A DNA stretch of 64,000 bases, taken from NCBI GenBank assembly GCA_963771175.1, contig CAVYSY010000056.1:32001-96000 (forward strand). The letters run 5' to 3'. Positions 9,716 to 19,013 of the stretch are shown in pieces (within the stretch, counting starts at the first letter, position 1; each line of letters opens with the position of its first letter). Both the position numbers and the translations under genes were made by a program. The notes below the pieces were generated by a model. That model was given only the letters and a program-made list of their open reading frames with translations, ran no database searches and was not told the DNA's origin. The DNA comes from an uncultured delta proteobacterium. Lineage in GTDB: Bacteria > Myxococcota > Myxococcia > Myxococcales > Myxococcaceae.

Positions 9716-11056
9716 ATGAAGACCGCCATTGCCTCGCGTTCCTCGCCCCTGCGCACGCTGCTGTCCACCGCCCTGCTCGCCGCCACCCCGGCCCTCGCCC
9801 AGGAGCTCGCGCCCGAGGAGACCCTGCTCGCCACGGCCCGCGTCACCGCTCCCGCGGGCGCGCCCCTGCCGGGACTGAGCCCGGAGGAGCTGCGGAAGTT
9901 CCAGGAGGGCAAGGCCCTCTTCGAGCGCGACTTCACCGCGACCGAGGGCCTCGGGCCCCTCTTCAACGCGCAGTCCTGCGCGCTCTGCCACGCCACGCCG
10001 ACCACCGGTGGCAGCGACCCCACCACCGCCGAGAACGTCATCCACTACACCCTGCGCAATGGGGACATGTTCTTCCAGGCGTTCGAGCTCGGCGGCCCGG
10101 TGCAGCAGCGCAAGTCGCTGAAGCAGTTGCCGGGGGGCTCGGCGTGCCAGCTCGAGCCGGATGTGATTCCGCTGAGCAAGCCTGGAATTGGCACCAGCCC
10201 CCGACACACGCCGCCGGTGTTCGGCTTCGGGCTGCTGGACGCGGTGAGCGACGCGGACCTCCGTTCCTGGGAGGGGGCGCAACCGTGGAAGGCCCCGGGG
10301 GTGTACGGCGTGGCCAACTGGGGCGTGGAGATGGAGGGCCTCGGAAAGCTGCGGGCCTTCAGCCTGGATGGCGGGCGCTCGCAGCCCATCGGCGCGCCTC
10401 GGGTGGGCCGCTTCGGCTGGAAGTCGCAGACGCCGACGCTGTTCCAGTTCACCAACGAGCCCTTCAACATCGAGCTGGGGGTGACCACGCCCTTCTGGCC
10501 TCGGGAGAACACGCCGAATGGGGCGCAGCCTCCGCCCGAGTGCCGCATCCCCAACCAGCCCAACGACGTGAACAGCCAGCTGACGCTGCCGCTCTATTAC
10601 TTCCAGGCGTTCCTGGCGGCGCCGGAGCGCGGGCCCCTCTCCCATGACGCGGCGAAGGGCGAGGAGCTCTTCGAGCGGGCGGGCTGCGACGACTGCCACC
10701 GGAAGACGCTGCGGACGGTGAAGGACTACTACGCGCCGTGGCCGGACGGGACGGTGCACCGGGTGGCGGCGCTGAGCGGCAAGGTGCTGCGGCCGTACAG
10801 CGACCTGCTCATCCACGACATGGGCCCGGGGCTGGAGGACCCTCGGCCGATGGGACGGGCCTCGGGACGGATGTGGCGCACCACGCCGCTGTGGGGCCTG
10901 CGGTACAAGACGCGCTACCTGCACGACGGCTCGGCGGACACCGTGGAGGACTCCATCCTCATGCACGGCGGCGAGGGCCAGTGGTCGCGTGACGCGTACG
11001 TGGGGCTCTCGGCCACCGAGAAGCGCCGGCTCCAGGCGTTCCTCGACAGCCTGTGA
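9716..11056 (+). CDS. Di-heme oxidoreductase (DHOR / thiol oxidoreductase) family protein
   Basis: GLGPLFNAQSCALCH and GCDDCH heme motifs, GRFGWK, PYSDLLIHDMG, WRTTPLWGL, YLHDG, HGGE. Confidence 0.88.
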   Translation: MKTAIASRSSPLRTLLSTALLAATPALAQELAPEETLLATARVTAPAGAPLPGLSPEELRKFQEGKALFERDFTATEGLGPLFNAQSCALCHATPTTGGSDPTTAENVIHYTLRNGDMFFQAFELGGPVQQRKSLKQLPGGSACQLEPDVIPLSKPGIGTSPRHTPPVFGFGLLDAVSDADLRSWEGAQPWKAPGVYGVANWGVEMEGLGKLRAFSLDGGRSQPIGAPRVGRFGWKSQTPTLFQFTNEPFNIELGVTTPFWPRENTPNGAQPPPECRIPNQPNDVNSQLTLPLYYFQAFLAAPERGPLSHDAAKGEELFERAGCDDCHRKTLRTVKDYYAPWPDGTVHRVAALSGKVLRPYSDLLIHDMGPGLEDPRPMGRASGRMWRTTPLWGLRYKTRYLHDGSADTVEDSILMHGGEGQWSRDAYVGLSATEKRRLQAFLDSL

Positions 11057-11101
11057 GATGGGCCCGAGGGCTCACGGAACCCCCGTGGGCCCCGGGACTC
11101 C

Positions 11102-12190
11102 TCAGCGCGGCGCCTCGCACGCCCGCGCCTGCCCGAGGGCACAGGCCCGCTCCCGGAGGGCCCGTGCCTTCTCGGGAGCAACCCCGCCGGCCAGCGTGAG
11201 GCAGTCCACCCCACTGCCCGCGCGACAGCTCTCGTCGAGCAGTGCCTCCGCCTGGGACTCCAGCGTGGAGGACCGCGGCGCATCCGGACTCACCCCCTCG
11301 GCGCCCTCGCGCAGCCACCAGGCGGCACGCAGGCACGCGGCGGGCTCGCCCAGCGCACAGGCCTTCTCCTGGTACGCGAGCGCGCGCGCCGGCTCCTTCG
11401 GCACGCCCTGCCCCAGTTCGTGGGCCTGCCCGAGCTCGACACACGCCGAGGGCTCACCGGCCTCGCACGCGGTGCGGTAGTGCTCCCCCACCTGCTTGTA
11501 GAGAGCGAGCGCCCGGGCCCTGTCCGGGGCCACCCCGCGCCCCGTCAGGTACCGCAGCGCCAGCGCGGAGCAGCCCCCGGGCACTCCGGCCTCACAGGCT
11601 CGCTGCAGGTACACGAGCGCGCGCGAGTCATCCCGCACAGGGACGGGCCCCGCCTCGAACAGGGTGGCGGCCCGGACGCACGCGGCCCCCTCGCCCGACT
11701 GGCAGGCGGCGGTGAGCAACTCCAGGCCACGCCGGACCCGGGCCTCGCCCTCGGCGGCCTCCACTGGCCCGCCCCGTCCCTCCAGGCGCAGCAGGCCCCC
11801 GGAGACACAGGCCTCGGCATCATCGAGCGCACAGGCGACCTCGAGCAGCGGGCGCGCACGGCGAAAGGCGTCCTCGGAGGCGGGCCCCTGGGAGACCCAG
11901 CCCAGCCCGGCACAGCCGAGCCCGTCGTGGGCCTCGCAGGCCTGACGGTAGAGCCGCCCGGCGCGGGGCACGTCGCGCGCGGTGCCCGAGCCGTAGCGCA
12001 GGCGATCCGCGGCCAGGGTGCAGGCACGGGTGTCGCCGGAGGAGCACGCCGCGAGACACCCGCGCCCCGTCGAGCAGGGCGGCCGGGAGGCGTGGACGGG
12101 AGAGGGCGGCGGCGCCACGGGAGCGGTGGCACACGCCACGAGCAGCAGGGACGCGAGGGCGGAGAGCGACGAGGTTCTCGGGGAAGCCAT
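11102..12190 (-). CDS. Sel1-repeat (HcpA-like Cys-rich TPR) lipoprotein
   Basis: LLVA-C lipobox; repeated AC..G....C..LG...G.GV.kD..RA..Y..AC units. Confidence 0.8.
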   Translation of the reverse strand: MASPRTSSLSALASLLLVACATAPVAPPPSPVHASRPPCSTGRGCLAACSSGDTRACTLAADRLRYGSGTARDVPRAGRLYRQACEAHDGLGCAGLGWVSQGPASEDAFRRARPLLEVACALDDAEACVSGGLLRLEGRGGPVEAAEGEARVRRGLELLTAACQSGEGAACVRAATLFEAGPVPVRDDSRALVYLQRACEAGVPGGCSALALRYLTGRGVAPDRARALALYKQVGEHYRTACEAGEPSACVELGQAHELGQGVPKEPARALAYQEKACALGEPAACLRAAWWLREGAEGVSPDAPRSSTLESQAEALLDESCRAGSGVDCLTLAGGVAPEKARALRERACALGQARACEAPR

Positions 12191-12209
12191 GCGCCCGAAC
12201 CCTACGCGA

Positions 12210-12311
12210 CTACTCCCCGCGTTGTTGACGCTCGAGGAGCACCTCCGAGAAGGCGAGCCACCCGACGAGGAACAGGCCCCCCAGCAATCCGACCAGCGTG
12301 CAGATCTCCAT
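12210..12311 (-). CDS. Small single-pass membrane protein, 33 aa (not in ORF track)
   Basis: MEICTLVGLLGGLFLVGWLAFSEVLLERQQRGE*; GC3-rich codons; ends 19 nt before the Sel1 gene. Confidence 0.5.
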   Translation of the reverse strand: MEICTLVGLLGGLFLVGWLAFSEVLLERQQRGE

Positions 12312-12429
12312 GGCCCAGGGTTACCACCGCCCTCCAGGAGGCGTCACCTGCCCGACATTCCCCGCACGGCCCGGCTCCAGGTGAAGTCAGGCTCCAGCCA
12401 GGCGGCGCAAGCGTGCGAATGTTTCCGGC

Positions 12430-13440
12430 ATGAACGCGCCTCCCCCGTCCTCCCGCACCGCCGTCGTCCTGCTCCAGCAGGAAGAAGATGATGTCGGACA
12501 GCTCGGCCCCGCGTTGCGGCGCGCGGGCTTCACCCTGGACGTTCGCCTGCGAGCACCGGACTCCGAGGACGCGGAAGCGGACCTGGTCGTGGTGATGGGC
12601 AGGTCCTCGAGCAGCCAGGAGGCGGAGCGGACCGCTCTCCTGGAGGAGGAGCGGCGGTTGCTGGCACTCCGGTTGGAAGCAGGCCGGCCGAGCCTGGGAA
12701 TCGGAGTGGGTGCACGGTTGCTCGCCGCCGCCGCCGGGGCCCGCGTTCTCCCGGGCGAGAAGGGCCCGGTGCTAGGCGTGCAACCGGTGTCGCTGACGGC
12801 GGAAGGATTGTCGGACCCCCTGTTCGCCGGCTTCGAGGAGATCTTCGACGTGCTGCACTGGCACGACACGACCTTCGAGTCCGTGCCGGGCGCGCAAGTG
12901 CTCGCATCGTCCGCCCGCTACCCCCAGCAGGCCTTCCGCGTGGGCGGCTCCTACGGCGTGCAGTTCCACCCCGAGGTGGACGTGGTCCTGTTGGAGCGCT
13001 GGGTCCGCGCCGCACCGGAGGACGTGGGCCGCGTGAACCTCGGCGCCGAGGAGTTCCTGGTGCGGGAGCGCCCTCGGCTGGAGCGAGTGCAACAGCCGGC
13101 GATGCTGCTGCTGGAGCGGCTGTCCGCTTTCTTCGCGCGGCAGGTGGGAGCGGGAAAGGGCGGAGAGCGCTACCTCTTCACCGTGGAAGCCACCCACCGG
13201 CTGGCGGGCCGGGGCGTGCTGCTCTCCCCCGGCATCCCGCGGCGCTCGCCCATCGTGCGCGTGGGACAGGCCATCTCCCTCAAGTGTCCCGACGGCTCTC
13301 GCGTGGGGGCCACCGTGCGCGGCATGGCCAGCTTCGGGGAGACGGGGAAGGCCATCCCCCTGCTGGTCCAGCTCGACGCGCCGGACGTGGAGGTTCCTCC
13401 CGGCTCGGAGGCCCTCACCACCGAGCCGCTGACGGTCTAG
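12430..13440 (+). CDS. Class I glutamine amidotransferase-like protein (nucleophile Cys->Gly) fused to an EF-Tu domain II-like C-terminus
   Basis: DLVVVMG, LGIGVGARLL (vs LGICLGAQLL), HWHDTTF, QAFRVG, QFHPE; C-terminal FTVEATHRLAGRGVLL..VRVGQAI. Confidence 0.75.
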   Translation: MNAPPPSSRTAVVLLQQEEDDVGQLGPALRRAGFTLDVRLRAPDSEDAEADLVVVMGRSSSSQEAERTALLEEERRLLALRLEAGRPSLGIGVGARLLAAAAGARVLPGEKGPVLGVQPVSLTAEGLSDPLFAGFEEIFDVLHWHDTTFESVPGAQVLASSARYPQQAFRVGGSYGVQFHPEVDVVLLERWVRAAPEDVGRVNLGAEEFLVRERPRLERVQQPAMLLLERLSAFFARQVGAGKGGERYLFTVEATHRLAGRGVLLSPGIPRRSPIVRVGQAISLKCPDGSRVGATVRGMASFGETGKAIPLLVQLDAPDVEVPPGSEALTTEPLTV

Positions 13441-13514
13441 GCCCTCCGAAGCAAGTCGTTTCAAGGGTGACGAGCAGCACCAATGCTCCTGAGCCCCCGC
13501 CTCCCGGGCGCACA

Positions 13515-13553
13515 TTTCAGAAACCTGTCCGACTGTCGGACAGGTTTTTGAAA
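13515..13553. repeat. 39-bp near-perfect palindrome (REP-like element) between convergent genes
   Basis: tttcagaaacctgtccgac-t-gtcggacaggtttttgaaa; 19-bp arms, one mismatch. Confidence 0.8.
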
Positions 13554-13621
13554 ACCGCGCCCGGCGGCCCCCCTCCAGCACGGACTTTCTTTGGATGGAT
13601 TGGCGAGCCGCGCGGACACAC

Positions 13622-14557
13622 CTACGCGGCGATCGCCGGCCCTGCCTCATCCACCGGAGCTGGTGCCGCGGCCTGCGCCTCGGCCGCGGCCTTGCGCCGC
13701 AGGTCCTCGGTGGTCTCGCTGTTGCCATCCGGTCGCCAGCCCGGCGGAGCGACGAAGTAGCCCCACACCTCGCGAAGGCTGCGAGCGCTCTTCAGGTCGC
13801 GCAGGAACGGGCCGAACTGGTGGAAGACGATCTTGAACGGGTTGTTCGTCTCCAGCGGGTGCACCAGCCCGTACCGGCAGGGGAGGTCCTCACGCTCGGG
13901 GACATACGTGCCGAAGAGGCGATCGAAGAGGAGGATCACCCCGCCGTAGTTGGCGTCCAGGTAGTCGAGGTTGGCCGCGTGGTGGACGCGATGCGCCGAC
14001 GGCGTGTTGAGGATGCCCTCGAGCGGTCCCAGCTTCGGCACCCAGTCCGCGTGAATCCAGAACTGGTAGCTCAGATTCAGGGTGTACCCGAGGAAGATGG
14101 ACTCGGGGGTAAAGCCAAACAGGGCCAGCGGCGAGAAGATGACGTAGGCGCCCGTAATCTGTGACGTCCAGGCGAGTCGGCCCGAGGCGAGCAGGTTGAG
14201 CTGGTTCGGCGTGTGATGCACCGCGTGCGAGAGCCAGAACCACCGCATGCGGTGACCGGCCCGGTGATACCAGTAGTAGAAGAACTCGACGCCGAAGAAC
14301 AGGGCCACCCAGGACCAGACGCCATGGGACGAGGCCTCGAAGAGTCGGTGCTCGTAGAGCCAGTACGCGCCCGGGAGCGTGACCGCGAGCGGGAGGAGCC
14401 GGGTGAAGCTCCGGCCCACGCTCACTCCGAGGGAGGCCAGGGAAGAACGCCAGCCATACTCGCGCTTGAAGACGAACCTGTAGGCCAGCACCTCCAGAAG
14501 AACCGCCCCCAGGGTAATGACAATCAGGACGTTGTTCAGAGGGCCGAGGGTGTTCAT
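13622..14557 (-). CDS. Sterol desaturase / fatty acid hydroxylase family (alkylglycerol monooxygenase-like)
   Basis: His boxes YWYHRAGH, HAVHH, QFWIH, TPSAHRVHH, NYGG..FDRLFGT. Confidence 0.88.
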   Translation of the reverse strand: MNTLGPLNNVLIVITLGAVLLEVLAYRFVFKREYGWRSSLASLGVSVGRSFTRLLPLAVTLPGAYWLYEHRLFEASSHGVWSWVALFFGVEFFYYWYHRAGHRMRWFWLSHAVHHTPNQLNLLASGRLAWTSQITGAYVIFSPLALFGFTPESIFLGYTLNLSYQFWIHADWVPKLGPLEGILNTPSAHRVHHAANLDYLDANYGGVILLFDRLFGTYVPEREDLPCRYGLVHPLETNNPFKIVFHQFGPFLRDLKSARSLREVWGYFVAPPGWRPDGNSETTEDLRRKAAAEAQAAAPAPVDEAGPAIAA

Positions 14558-14648
14558 GGAGGAGCCTCGCGCGGCAGTGGAGGCGGTGTCATAGCACCGC
14601 GCCCCGGGGCCACAAGCGACCGCGCGTCGCGGTCGCCGTGACGACTCC

Positions 14649-15907
14649 TCAAATCCGCACGCCGAGCTGCAGGCCGGGCCAGTACTGCACCGTAGTGGTC
14701 TCGTCCAACTGCCGCTGCCGCACCGGCAGCGTGGAGAGGGTGCGCCGGTCCGCGTCGCTCCAGGCGAAGTAGGTGTTGTAGGTGAGCCCGCCGAAGACGG
14801 CGAGGCGCTCGAGGATGTCCACGCCGAGCATCAACCGGCCCTGCGCCAGCAGGTTGGCGTTGTACCCGAAGGGGTCCCTCACGGGGCGCACCGAGCTGCC
14901 CGCCACGTCCCCATCCAGCCAGAGGCGCTGACCCAGTGGCAGGTGCACGCCCAGCCCGAGCCCGAGGCTGAAGCGCTGGAGCCTGTCATCCGGCCCGATG
15001 CCCGCCAGCAGCGTCGTGTAGACGTACTTCCCGCCGAACTTCACCGCGAGATTGGTGAGCTGGATGTCGCTCGCCCAGGCCTCCACGTGGAACTGGCCCT
15101 TCTTCTCGGAGCTGGCCCGCAGGTCCGTCATCACCAGGTCCCCCGGGCCCGCCAGCTCGATGTCATAGGCGGGGTGCTGGGCGCCACCGCGCGCTTCTCG
15201 GTGCGGGCCAGCGTCTCGTGGAAGGCGAACTGGTAGGCCTCGTTGAGGGTGACGCGCCCGTCGTGGGTGGTGTCGGCCGCGCCGCGCAGGCCCGAGACGA
15301 GATGGTGCGTGAAGTACGAGCCGCCCAGCCTGTCGCTCTCCTGCGAGGTCTCGTCCTCGCTGGAGGAGGTGAGGATGGCGTGGCCCTTCACCGTGTTGCC
15401 CGAGTCCACCAGGAAGGCGGGGCGCCGGGCGCCGCCCTTGGCGCGCGCGAAGGCTCCCGAGGCGCAGCTATCCAGCACGGCGATGCGCACGTCCGCGGGC
15501 AGGGCCTCCAGGGCGCGGCGCAGCTCGCCGTAGTCCATCCGCTCGCCCTTGAGCAGCAGGCCCTCCTCGTCCGAGTGCCCCGAGTAGTAGACGAGCACCT
15601 CCACGCGCGAGGCCCCGGAGGCGCGGGCCGCCTGGGTGCGCGCGCGCAATTCCTCGAGCGCCTCCACCAGCCCCGCACGGCCCGTCTCCAGCAGCAGGCG
15701 CCGGTCCGCCGGGGAGACACCGCCCAGCTCCCCCAGCACCTTGTCGAAGGACCGCGCGTCCGAGACGGCGTAGCGCAGGCGCACGCGCTCGGCGCCGCCG
15801 TCATTGACGCCCACGAGCAGGGCCAGCCGGCGCACCGTGGCCGTCTCGGCGAGGGCGGGCGCGGCGACCAGGAGGGACAGCAGGACGAGGGCTCTCGAGG
15901 CGCTCAT
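14649..15907 (-). pseudogene. Secreted caspase-family (peptidase C14) protein with frameshift (~15195) and apparent internal deletion
   Basis: Signal peptide, RLALLVGVN, YYSGHS (His), LDSCASG (Cys), SQESDRLGGSYFTHHL; continues directly into a beta-barrel-like C-terminus ending GLQLGVRI. Confidence 0.7.
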
Positions 15908-16165
15908 GGTGAGGGCTTCTCCAGCAGGAACGAGGCCTGCGTGTACCGCGATGGCAGGGGCAGTGGGGAGGTGCTCGCATCGGAGCGCATGGCGAGCGGG
16001 CGGGCGGCGGCGGTGACGAGGAAGAAGCGCTCGAAGCCGGGCGCGTCGTCCTGGGCATAGGCGCCGGGAAGGACGTAGCTGGCGAACTCGCGACTGGGAA
16101 GCCACCCGACGGGCGACCTCGGCGGGGGGAAACCGCTCCAGCGTGGCGGCGGTCTCGGCCTCGCG
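15904..16165 (-). pseudogene. Remnant of an ActD-like anti-sigma/DUF4384 gene
   Basis: Fragments TAATLERFPPAEVARR and LPGAYAQDDAPGFERFFLVT..SFLLEKPSP in different frames; ATGA overlap with the caspase start. Confidence 0.55.
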
Positions 16166-16266
16166 CGTGGGACTGGTGAGAAAGCAGCCCACCCTCCACC
16201 ACCTCTCGGAGTCGTGGAGTTGTTGACTTCACATGAACCCGGACACCCTGGCCTTATCAAGAGTAG

Positions 16267-16482
16267 ATGCTCCCGGTTACCGTGACGACCGACACCCTCG
16301 AAGCGCTCCAGCAGGCCTATCCGCGTGCCCAGCTCGCCGGCAACCGCCAGCTGCTGGCCAAAGAGACGTCGACCCTCCTGGCCGGGCACACGCTGAGCCG
16401 GGAGGTCGCCATTACCCGCCTCCGGGACGCGCTGCACAAGACGGGCCTGGGCACCAACAAGGAGGAGGGCCGCCGTGGCTGA
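16267..16482 (+). pseudogene. Probable 3' remnant of a hybrid kinase/receiver gene
   Basis: Only the C-terminal ..TLSREVAITRLRDALHKTGLG looks conserved; overlaps the GTG start of the next gene. Confidence 0.35.
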
Positions 16483-17614
16483 CCTCACTGTTTCCGCGAC
16501 GATTCTCAACGTCAACGATGACGAGGCGACCCGCGACCTCTCCACGCGCACGCTGCGCATGGCGGGCTACCAGGTGCTGGAGGCGGCCACGGGCGAGGAG
16601 GCCCTGCGGCTGGCCGAGAGCGAGCGCCCGGACGTGGTGGTGCTGGACGTGAATCTGCCGGACATCAGCGGCTACGAGGTGTGCAAACACTTGCGCTCCC
16701 GCCCGGAGACGGCCTCCCTCGCGGTGATGCACACCTCGGCCACCTTCGTCACCCCGGACAAGAAGGTGCGAGGGCTGGAGGGCGGCGCGGACGCCTACCT
16801 CACCAAGCCCTTCGAGGGCGAGGAGCTCATCGCCACGGTGCGCTCGCTGTTGCGCATGCGGCGCGCGGAGCAGGAGCTGCGCCGGCGCGCCGAGTTCCTC
16901 CAGGAGGCGGATCGGCGCAAGGACCTCTTCCTGGCCATGCTGGCGCACGAGCTGCGCAATCCCCTGGCCGCCATCGCCATGGCGGCGGGCATCCTCGAGC
17001 GCCGGGGCTCGGCGGACCCCAAGGACGGGCGCATGGTCTCCATCATCCAGCGCCAGACAAACCACCTGGCGCGGCTGGTGGATGACCTGCTGGACGTGAG
17101 CCGGATTACGCGGGGCAAGGAGGAGCTGCGCCGCGTGCGGGTGGACCTGCGGGGAGTGCTGGAGCAGGTGCTGACGGTATTCCGCCCGCTGGCGGAGGGC
17201 CGCGAGCTGACGCTGGAGTCCTCCCTGCCGACGGTGCCGCTGTGGATGGAGGCGGACCCGACGCGGCTGGAGCAGATCTTCACCAACCTGCTGGACAACG
17301 CGACGAAGTACACGGACGCGGGCGGCGGCATCTCGGTGCGGGTGGAGCTGGAGCAGAGGGACGGGCTGCCGGGCGCGGGGGTGCGGGTGAAGTACACGGG
17401 CATCGGCATCCCCCCGGACGTGCTGCCCTTGGTGTTCGACCTGTTCTCGCGGGCGGACGAGTCCCTGGAGCGCATGCGCGGGGGCCTGGGCATCGGGCTG
17501 ACGCTGGCGCGCAACCTGGTGGCGATGCACGAGGGCCGGGTGGAGGCGCGCAGCGATGGCCCGGACCTGGGCAGCGAGTTCGTGGTGTGGCTGCCGGTGC
17601 TGCCGGAATCGTGA
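16475..17614 (+). CDS. Hybrid response regulator-histidine kinase (REC-HisKA-HATPase)
   Basis: ILNVNDD, LDVNLPD, GADAYLTKP, LAHELRNPL, NLLDNATKYT, GLGIGL; G1 box reads YTGIG. Confidence 0.88.
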   Translation: MADLTVSATILNVNDDEATRDLSTRTLRMAGYQVLEAATGEEALRLAESERPDVVVLDVNLPDISGYEVCKHLRSRPETASLAVMHTSATFVTPDKKVRGLEGGADAYLTKPFEGEELIATVRSLLRMRRAEQELRRRAEFLQEADRRKDLFLAMLAHELRNPLAAIAMAAGILERRGSADPKDGRMVSIIQRQTNHLARLVDDLLDVSRITRGKEELRRVRVDLRGVLEQVLTVFRPLAEGRELTLESSLPTVPLWMEADPTRLEQIFTNLLDNATKYTDAGGGISVRVELEQRDGLPGAGVRVKYTGIGIPPDVLPLVFDLFSRADESLERMRGGLGIGLTLARNLVAMHEGRVEARSDGPDLGSEFVVWLPVLPES

Positions 17615-17786
17615 ACCCGTCTCCGTGTAGCCCACGCACCCGCACCGCATCCACCCGGGGCACCGTCCGAGACCGCCATATGCCCCCACTGCCTTCGAGC
17701 GACGGAGGGGTTGCTCAGGCGCCCGCCGTACCCGTCCTACCCTTCCCGCGTGGCACGAGCCCGGGCGGGGCTACAATACGAGCGAC

Positions 17787-18986
17787 ATGACCACCACCGA
17801 GCACTCACGGCCGGGGCTGCGCCTCCTGGGCAAGGGAGACTACGCGGCAGCGCTCTCCACCTTCGAGACCATCCTCCAATCGCATCCCACGGACATCGCG
17901 AGCTGGTTCGGACTGGCACAGGCGCAGCTCGCGCTGGGCCAGGGCGAGGCCGCGAGGAAGTCCCTCGCGCGCACGTTGGAGCTCGCGCCCGACCACAGTC
18001 CCGCGCAGACGATGATCGCCGCGCTGGAAGATGACGGGAAGAACCCCGAGGTGCTGAAGCGTCTGGCCCGCCTGGCCAGTCCCCCGGGCGCTGGCTTCCT
18101 GGAGCACTACTCCTACGCACAGGCCCTGCTGCGCCGGGGCCAGGACTCCGAGGCGTCCAAGGAGCTGCGCGCGGCACTCGCCATCAACCCCGAGAGCCCG
18201 CAGGCCCTGGTGGACCTGGGGCAGCTCGCCATGCGCCAGGGCCGTGCGGATCGCGCCAGCGAGGCATTCCGTCTGGCGAGCGGACTGGCGCCCCGGGAGT
18301 GGAGGCCCCAGCTCCTGTACTCCCGTGCGCTCATGGCCCTGAACGAGTTCGACATGGCGATGAACGTGCTGACCAGCGCGGTGGCCGGTCACCCGCGCGA
18401 GGTTCCCCTGCTGCAGGCGCTCTACGACTGCGCCCTCATGCTGGGCCGGACCCAGAAGGCCATCGACGTGACGCACACGCTCGAGGAGCTCCAGCCCGGG
18501 GACGCCAACCCCGTGTACCAGCGGGGCGTGGCGCTCATCACCCTGGGCAAGCCGGACGAGGCCGCCGTGGCCCTCGAGGAAGCCATGAAGCGCGCCCCCG
18601 CCGCGCTCGAGCCCCGGTACGCGCTCGCGAAGGTTCGCACGCTGCAGGGCCGGGAGGCGGAAGCGCTCTCGATGCTGGAGGAGCTCCACCGCACCGCGCC
18701 GCGACTCCTGGACCCCGGCCTCGACCTGTCGCGCCTGTACCTGGCGGCGGATCGGTCCGCCGACGCGGAGCGCGTGCTGCGCATGCTGCTGGAGCAGAAC
18801 CCGGACGAGCCCCGGGTGAACCTCAACCTCGCGCTGGCCGCCTTCAAGCAGGGCCGTGGGGCGGAGGCCAGGGATGCGCTCGCGCGCGTCAATGCCCATG
18901 GCAACGCGGAGCTGCGGGAGCAGGCCCGGAAGCTGGAGGCGCGGATTTCGGGCGCCCCCATCCAGCCGCCCTCGGGCCGGGGCTGA
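17787..18986 (+). CDS. Tetratricopeptide repeat protein
   Basis: Repeated TPR consensus (LA..Q...G...A...L..AL...P). Confidence 0.8.
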   Translation: MTTTEHSRPGLRLLGKGDYAAALSTFETILQSHPTDIASWFGLAQAQLALGQGEAARKSLARTLELAPDHSPAQTMIAALEDDGKNPEVLKRLARLASPPGAGFLEHYSYAQALLRRGQDSEASKELRAALAINPESPQALVDLGQLAMRQGRADRASEAFRLASGLAPREWRPQLLYSRALMALNEFDMAMNVLTSAVAGHPREVPLLQALYDCALMLGRTQKAIDVTHTLEELQPGDANPVYQRGVALITLGKPDEAAVALEEAMKRAPAALEPRYALAKVRTLQGREAEALSMLEELHRTAPRLLDPGLDLSRLYLAADRSADAERVLRMLLEQNPDEPRVNLNLALAAFKQGRGAEARDALARVNAHGNAELREQARKLEARISGAPIQPPSGRG

Positions 18987-19013
18987 GTCACTCCAGGCCG
19001 TGGCGGGGAGTGT

